NCBI GenBank assembly: GCA_965222375.1
Contig: CBDCTZ010000015.1
Location: 1,248,001 to 1,312,000 of the forward strand
Reading direction: 5' to 3'
Origin: Polyangiaceae bacterium
GTDB lineage: Bacteria > Myxococcota_A > Polyangia > Polyangiales > Polyangiaceae
DNA length: 64,000 nucleotides
Shown here: one piece after another, positions 58,849-64,000 of the stretch
Numbering within the stretch: the stretch's first letter is position 1
Layout of the letters: the number at the start of each line of letters is the position of its first letter
Program-made: the position numbers and the translations under genes
Notes under the pieces: generated by a model
What the model saw: only the letters and a program-made list of their open reading frames with translations
Databases searched by the model: none
Told to the model about the DNA's origin: nothing

Positions 58849-58992
58849 CGCCCCCACCGTAGCGGAATCCGATGCACTGCGCCCGCGCGCGGCTCTCCTG
58901 ATCCCTTTCAACGGAGGCCATGAAATCCCTCCCGCCGTGAGCTGACACGCTTCTGTGCCAGCGTCACGACGCAGGAGTGAACCTAGGGTCCC

Positions 58993-59583
58993 TCAGAAGG
59001 TGCCGACGGCGTTGAACAGCGCGCCTCCAGGAGTGCTGCTGGCGCCGAGTGCGACGCTGGGTGATGGTGCAGGTGGCCGCTCGTCACGAACGTAGACGTC
59101 GCGGGGAATGGCACCGGAGATCAGCAAATACAGGCCAAGGCTTTGCACAGCTGCATCAGCAGCAAAAATGGCGACACACGTCGCATGATCACCGCAGGTG
59201 TCGAGGGCAAGCAAGGGCCCGACGCCCGGCACGACCGCCGGTTGGATCTTCTGTGCAAGGCCCGCGCATCGGTCGTCACCGCGCTCGGCCTCACACGTAA
59301 TGCCCGCCAACCCAAAGTAGAGCGCGGGTGCCCACGCGGCCCCGAAGAGCAAGCCGCCGAGCACTGCTCGACCGGGACGAGCCCGTTCCTCGCGGTGGTA
59401 GCCGGGCGGAGTGATCGGAGCATCCGCCTCGATGACCAACGGTGGCGACGAGTCCGGCTCGGCGAAGCTGTTGCTTCGATCCGGCTTGTCCGGCTTGTCC
59501 AGCGGTCCCCGAGCAAGAGCTGGGCAAGAGCAAAGCAGGCCGAACAAAACAGCGGCGAACCAACAAACCCGGGGCATCCGCAC
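58993..59583 (-). CDS. Hypothetical exported/membrane protein
   Basis: Signal peptide, PPGYH, hydrophobic segments, C-terminal GTF. Confidence 0.65.
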   Translation of the reverse strand: MRMPRVCWFAAVLFGLLCSCPALARGPLDKPDKPDRSNSFAEPDSSPPLVIEADAPITPPGYHREERARPGRAVLGGLLFGAAWAPALYFGLAGITCEAERGDDRCAGLAQKIQPAVVPGVGPLLALDTCGDHATCVAIFAADAAVQSLGLYLLISGAIPRDVYVRDERPPAPSPSVALGASSTPGGALFNAVGTF

Positions 59584-59709
59584 CCTCGGTGCAATCCGCG
59601 TGCCTCACACCCTCGGGCGAAAGTGCAGTCAATACGCTCGAAGATTCCGTGTGTGCGCTCGAAAGCGTGCCCCAGCGGCACAGCGTGAACCGTTCAAGCT
59701 CGACCGCCG

Positions 59710-60525
59710 TCATCGGCGGCTACCGCGAAACGCTTGGTACATCATCAAGCTGCCGGCGACAGCGAGGTTCAGCGAGTCCGTGCCGGGCAGCATGGGTATG
59801 CGCACGAGCTTCTGGCACAGCTTGCGCTGTTCGTCGTCCAAACCTCGGCGCTCGTCACCGAGCACGAGAATCGGCGTGGCTCGGTAATGCGACTCGTCGT
59901 ACGCGACCTGCCCGTCCGGGGACACGCCGAGCACCTGCAAGCGATGACGCCGGGCCCAATGGGCCAGCTGCTGAGCTCCTGTGCGCACAAAAATCTGACG
60001 AAACAGTGAGCCCATGCTCGCCCGCACGACCGTCGGGTCAAAGGGATCCACAGCGCCCCCCACCAAGATGAACCCGGCGCCCCCAACGGCCGCCGAGGTG
60101 CGGATGAGGCTGCCGAGATTTCCCGGCGAGCGCACGTGCGTCAGCGCCACCCAACAGGTTCCGCTCCGAGGGCTCACCCGATGCAGCGGGCCCAGCGACT
60201 GCCGCAAGATAGCGCCAACGCCCGATGCTCTCTCGGCCCTAGACACCTGCCGAAACTGTTCCGGCGATGCCAGAGCTGCGGGCGTACCGCCGCGGCGCAG
60301 CTTACGCACCAACTGCCGCGTCACGCCGGACGTCAGCAGGCGTTCGCTGACGATCAAGCGTTCGATCTCAACGTCGTGATCGACGGCGCTGACGAAGTTT
60401 CGAACACCTTCAACGAAGTAGAGCCCCCGTGCATCTCGCTCGCGGCGGCTGTTTTGCAGTCTTGCGACTAGCCCCAGGGTCTCGTCGACCCCACACCTCA
60501 GATCACCGGCTGCTCTACCGGTCAT
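59710..60525 (-). CDS. TrmH/SpoU family RNA 2'-O-methyltransferase
   Basis: VRSPGNLGSLIRT, VVRASMGS, VLGDERRGL, IPM...SLNLAVA. Confidence 0.92.
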   Translation of the reverse strand: MTGRAAGDLRCGVDETLGLVARLQNSRRERDARGLYFVEGVRNFVSAVDHDVEIERLIVSERLLTSGVTRQLVRKLRRGGTPAALASPEQFRQVSRAERASGVGAILRQSLGPLHRVSPRSGTCWVALTHVRSPGNLGSLIRTSAAVGGAGFILVGGAVDPFDPTVVRASMGSLFRQIFVRTGAQQLAHWARRHRLQVLGVSPDGQVAYDESHYRATPILVLGDERRGLDDEQRKLCQKLVRIPMLPGTDSLNLAVAGSLMMYQAFRGSRR

Positions 60526-60571
60526 CCTCCTCAATGCGAGCGCCAACACTCGCTGCAAGCGTTTTCATCAT
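60515..60571 (-). CDS. Putative leader peptide MMKTLAASVGARIEEDDR
   Basis: 18-codon ORF whose 3' end overlaps the methyltransferase ATG in another frame. Confidence 0.35.
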   Translation of the reverse strand: MMKTLAASVGARIEEDDR

Positions 60572-60805
60572 GGGCGCAATGCTAGCCGAGCGGTCGCCCC
60601 GGGCAACCCGTCTCTGCGTCGGCTGGCAGAACCACCAAACCGTCAACAATAGTTTTTGGGTCGTTGCGCTCGTGCAGCGTTGGGGAGCGAGTCCCGTGCG
60701 CGAGCAGGCTGTGGCATCGGGTCCCCATGACGGATCGCATTTTCCGGTTCTCTATTTCCAACGGGGCGTCACGTTCCATGTCACCCTTGGCTCTGAGGCA
60801 GACCA

Positions 60806-61633
60806 ATGCGAATCCAACCAACGAATCCAACCGTGCGCGCCGTCGCGCCAATTCTGATCTCTTTTCTGTGTGCAGTGGCCTGCGGTGGCGATGACGAGAT
60901 CGGCGCTGACCCCGCCACAGGTGGCCAGGCGGGCGCCGGCGGCGTGGCTGGAAGTATGTTCGGTGGAAACGCTGGGGCAGCTGGACTCGGTGGAAACGCT
61001 GGGGCAGCTGGACTCGGTGGAAACGCTGGGGCAGCTGGACTCGGTGGAAACGCCGGGGCAGCTGGACTCGGTGGGAGCGCCGGGCAAGGCGGGAACGGTG
61101 GCAAAGGAGCCGGAGGCACGGGTGCCGGGGGAGGAGGCACCGCAGGATCCAGCGGTTCAGGCGGCGGTCTAGCCGGCTCCGGCGGCACGAGCGGGACGGT
61201 GTGCCCTCCGTTCGTGAACAGCGGGGCGTTTGTCGCCCCAACTGAGATTGCGGGTCCGTATCCCAAGTCAAAGGGAGGGACGGTCGCCAGCGGAGTCTAC
61301 GAACTCACCAAACTCGAAAAGCTTGCGTCCCTCCCGGGCCCCAAGAAACTCAAGGCTACCCTTCGAGTGGTCGGCAACCAGCTCGAGATGGTCGGTCAAG
61401 AGGAGGGGCAAACCGAGGAGCGTGTGGCAGGGACGTTTGTCGAAAAGGTCTTGGGGCCACCGACAGGCGGCGCTGGCGGCTATGCAGGTGGACCACCTGG
61501 AGTGGACTACAAGCTCAGCATCACTGCAACATGCCCCTTCCCCGGTGGGCAGCTGGACATCGGATACACCGCGACCCCAACCACAGTAACGTTGTTCTTC
61601 TTCCCCACCGTACAGACATTCTCGAAGAAGTAG
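60806..61633 (+). CDS. Lipoprotein with Gly-rich tandem-repeat linker
   Basis: Lipobox AVAC; GGNAGAAGL x4. Confidence 0.78.
   Translation: MRIQPTNPTVRAVAPILISFLCAVACGGDDEIGADPATGGQAGAGGVAGSMFGGNAGAAGLGGNAGAAGLGGNAGAAGLGGNAGAAGLGGSAGQGGNGGKGAGGTGAGGGGTAGSSGSGGGLAGSGGTSGTVCPPFVNSGAFVAPTEIAGPYPKSKGGTVASGVYELTKLEKLASLPGPKKLKATLRVVGNQLEMVGQEEGQTEERVAGTFVEKVLGPPTGGAGGYAGGPPGVDYKLSITATCPFPGGQLDIGYTATPTTVTLFFFPTVQTFSKK
60960..61074 (+). repeat. 27-bp coding tandem repeat, 4 copies plus a partial copy
   Basis: TCGGTGGAAACGCTGGGGCAGCTGGAC; one substitution in copy 4. Confidence 0.95.
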
Positions 61634-61752
61634 CGTGACCGCTCGCGTTGAGTGCAAAGAATGACGTGGCCGCACATCAACTCACAGGCACACTGGATAT
61701 AGGTAGACGCGGCGTCTGGCACAGCCTTGGGAGCGTTTTCGGGCGAAGTAGG

Positions 61753-62586
61753 CTAGTCCAAGTACTCAGTAGGCGGGTGGTCCGTCGGGGCGCCGGCGGC
61801 GATCCAGGCTTCGACAGATCCCGTGGGCACGTTCAGTTGGCGTAGGCCCGGGACGATCAGGGTCTCGAGGGCATCCAGCAATGCCTCGTGAATGGCTTCA
61901 CCCGGGGGAGCGCCGTGGTCGCTGAGCTCGGGAAGGTGTTCGGGATCGATGGGGCTTTCGTCCTGCCATAGGCGCAAGTTCAAATACGCCATGGGCAACA
62001 GCCAGCGTCCGACCTGGCGTCGCGTTTCGGCGTTCGTCGACGCAAGGTAGGCCCAACCGACGCGGCCATGATCGACCTCGTCACTGAGGAGTTCCTTGAG
62101 CGCGTGCTTGGCGAGACCACCGGTGGCATGAGCCAGACACACCTCGAGGAAGGCCGTCGCGGTGGTCTCGTTCAAGACGCATTGACCCACGATGTGCAGC
62201 GTGTCGCGAAGTTCTTCGGACGCGCCCTTGTGGGCGGGCACTTCCAACTCGAGCATACCCGGAGTGGGCAGCTCTTCGCCCGCGAAGCGCGAGGCGACGA
62301 CTCGGCTCAATTCGGTGTGACGGTACTCGTCGTCGATGGAGCGGTCAGCGAGTTGGATCAACTCCGACGCGGCGCCACGGCGTCTGAGCGCTCCGGCAAT
62401 GACCGTGAAGGAATCCGCCACGCGGCGCTCCATGGCTGCGCGGCTGAGCCAGATCCCCGCGAGCTTCTTGCGCGCGGTGGGCGAAAGGGCGTCAATGCTC
62501 GGATCGTGATCCGGCAGCGGGCGCTTGGTGAGGCGACCGCCCCAGCGGCCGTCGGGCGTGTGTTCGCGGCGAAGTACTACTGACAT
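61753..62586 (-). CDS. Ferritin-like di-iron domain protein
   Basis: E...DEYRH...NET...DEVDH ligand pattern. Confidence 0.8.
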   Translation of the reverse strand: MSVVLRREHTPDGRWGGRLTKRPLPDHDPSIDALSPTARKKLAGIWLSRAAMERRVADSFTVIAGALRRRGAASELIQLADRSIDDEYRHTELSRVVASRFAGEELPTPGMLELEVPAHKGASEELRDTLHIVGQCVLNETTATAFLEVCLAHATGGLAKHALKELLSDEVDHGRVGWAYLASTNAETRRQVGRWLLPMAYLNLRLWQDESPIDPEHLPELSDHGAPPGEAIHEALLDALETLIVPGLRQLNVPTGSVEAWIAAGAPTDHPPTEYLD

Positions 62587-63128
62587 GGGAAAGGAGGGGA
62601 TGGGGTGTTGGTCGGCGTGGCGCCACCAAGGCATTGCCATTGTTGGTCGACGCAAATGAGAGGTTGCATCGAGCAGGAGCCTTGTGCGTCTTGGGTGAAG
62701 CACCAGGGAGTCGGAAGACCCTTGCACTCTTCGGTTGGTCCGCACACCTCTCGTCCGGATTTGGTGATCGGCCAAGTCGCGTCACAGAACGCGTCGACGA
62801 TGGCGTCTTTGGGCGCATCCGGGGCCGCGTCTACGATGCTCGCATCTGGCAGCACGCCGCCATCCGGTGCGGCGTCAGCGGTCACGGCACTGTCGGTTTC
62901 GGCGGCATCCGGCGTCGGCGGGACGATGCCCGTATCGACCCCGGCATCGGGCGTGGGTGGGTTGATGCCCGTATCCGCTCCCGCCTCTGCAGTGGGGTGG
63001 GGTTTCGGTGCCTTGGCATCGGGTTGCGGACCGCCCAGACCTTCTGAATCAGCTACGCCCCCGCAGGCAGTGGCGCTACCCAGGGATATCCCAACCCCGA
63101 CAACTGCATGAAATAACTTGGATCGCAT
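62577..63128 (-). CDS. Lipoprotein with Cys-rich C-terminus, coupled to the ferritin-like gene
   Basis: ATAC lipobox; PDAG repeats; WPITK followed by a Cys-rich tail; overlaps the next start. Confidence 0.75.
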   Translation of the reverse strand: MRSKLFHAVVGVGISLGSATACGGVADSEGLGGPQPDAKAPKPHPTAEAGADTGINPPTPDAGVDTGIVPPTPDAAETDSAVTADAAPDGGVLPDASIVDAAPDAPKDAIVDAFCDATWPITKSGREVCGPTEECKGLPTPWCFTQDAQGSCSMQPLICVDQQWQCLGGATPTNTPSPPFPCQ

Positions 63129-63171
63129 AAGTGACCTCGGATCCAACGATAGCGATCACCAGCCATCAGTC

Positions 63172-63203
63172 CATTAGAACGATTTGAAGGAATCGTTCTA
63201 ATG
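63172..63203. promoter_or_regulatory. Perfect 13-bp AT-rich palindrome, candidate operator
   Basis: CATTAGAACGATT-TGAAGG-AATCGTTCTAATG. Confidence 0.7.
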
Positions 63204-63234
63204 AGCGCAACGGTCGGGTTGCAGACTCCGCAAA

Positions 63235-63561
63235 CGATTCGGTTGCAGAGTTGCGGGAGCAACGCTGAATCCGGCCGAGCGAACCCCCTCAACGACTCAG
63301 TTTCGGTGTTGCGGGCGCAACACTGAATCCGGCCGAGCGAACCCCCTCAACGACTCAGTTTCGGTGTTGCGGGCGCAACACTGAATCCGGTCGAACGGAC
63401 CCCTCAACGACTCAGTTTCAGAGTTGCGGGCGCAACACTGAATCCGGTCGAACGGACCCCTCAACGAGTCAGTTTCAGAGTTGCGGGCGCAACACTGAAT
63501 CCGGTCGAACGGACCCCTCAACGAGTCAGTTTCAGAGTTGCGGGCGCAACACTGAATCCGG
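63235..63561. repeat. Non-coding tandem array of 57-58 bp hairpin-containing units (6 cores)
   Basis: GTTGCGGG cores at 63250, 63308, 63366, 63423, 63480 and 63537; hairpin TTC(A/G)G(A/T)GTTGC-GGGC-GCAACACTGAA. Confidence 0.95.
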
Positions 63562-63898
63562 CAGGGAGATCCCCCGCAGGAGCGCTGACGCGGGGCCCAG
63601 GATACGAGAGCTCCCGCGCCGTGACCACTGCCGGTGTTGGCGAGATCCGTGACTGCGCACCCGACGCCGAATTCGACAAGTTGGTGCGAGTCGAGCGCAC
63701 GAACGCCCGGCTTTGAGCGCACCGCGAACTGGGGCCAGGGTTGGCATGCAGGTGCTAACCTCGGGCGCATGACGGCACGGAGAGCGGAGTTCTTACTCCT
63801 TTGGACGCTGGCGGAGACTGACGAAGGCCGAACTTGGCGGCGGTTGGTGGATTTGACCTCTTTTCTGGGACAGTGTCACACTCCTGCGGTCCTGGCCG

Positions 63899-64000
63899 AT
63901 GAGCCACTTGATGGCACGCGCGACACTCCTACTGACGGCACTGGTCGGGTTACTGGCCTGCACCCCGCCCACCGTTCCACCTCGTGGAGAAGGCTCCGCG
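63899..64000 (+). CDS. Lipoprotein, N-terminus only
   Basis: MSHLMARATLLLTALVGLLAC signal and lipobox; runs off the window. Confidence 0.65.
   Translation, partial: MSHLMARATLLLTALVGLLACTPPTVPPRGEGSA

Noticed and set aside
63235..63561. CRISPR array
   Set aside because: The segments between hairpins are near-identical rather than unique spacers, and no cas genes are in the window.
63297..63770. 157-aa repeat protein (RIQCCARNSE...)
   Set aside because: Translation of the repeat array; the 58-bp units break the frame.

Overview
GC-rich (roughly two-thirds G+C by eye) bacterial chromosomal window. It is most consistent with Myxococcota (Polyangiaceae-like), judged from the many Gly/Cys-rich lipoproteins, the Ser/Thr kinase and the STAND regulator. 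About 50 CDSs are present, including cysS, an intact archaeal-type gatE-gatD pair, an ArcE/cDPGS-like P-loop enzyme divergent from an OPT transporter, a B12/radical-SAM BchE-like protein, a lipoprotein adenosine deaminase, two pectate-lyase-like lipoproteins, a MATE pump, an Rrf2-SDR cassette, an AbiEii-type nucleotidyltransferase toxin with an unusual partner, a TrmH methyltransferase and a ferritin-like protein. There are several decayed genes and tail-to-tail truncation junctions. Non-coding structure includes a 57-58 bp hairpin tandem array with an adjacent perfect 13-bp palindrome, and a bipartite motif repeated upstream of two unrelated secreted-protein genes. No rRNA, tRNA, CRISPR or transposase was seen. 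All family calls come from motif recognition by eye, not from database searches.
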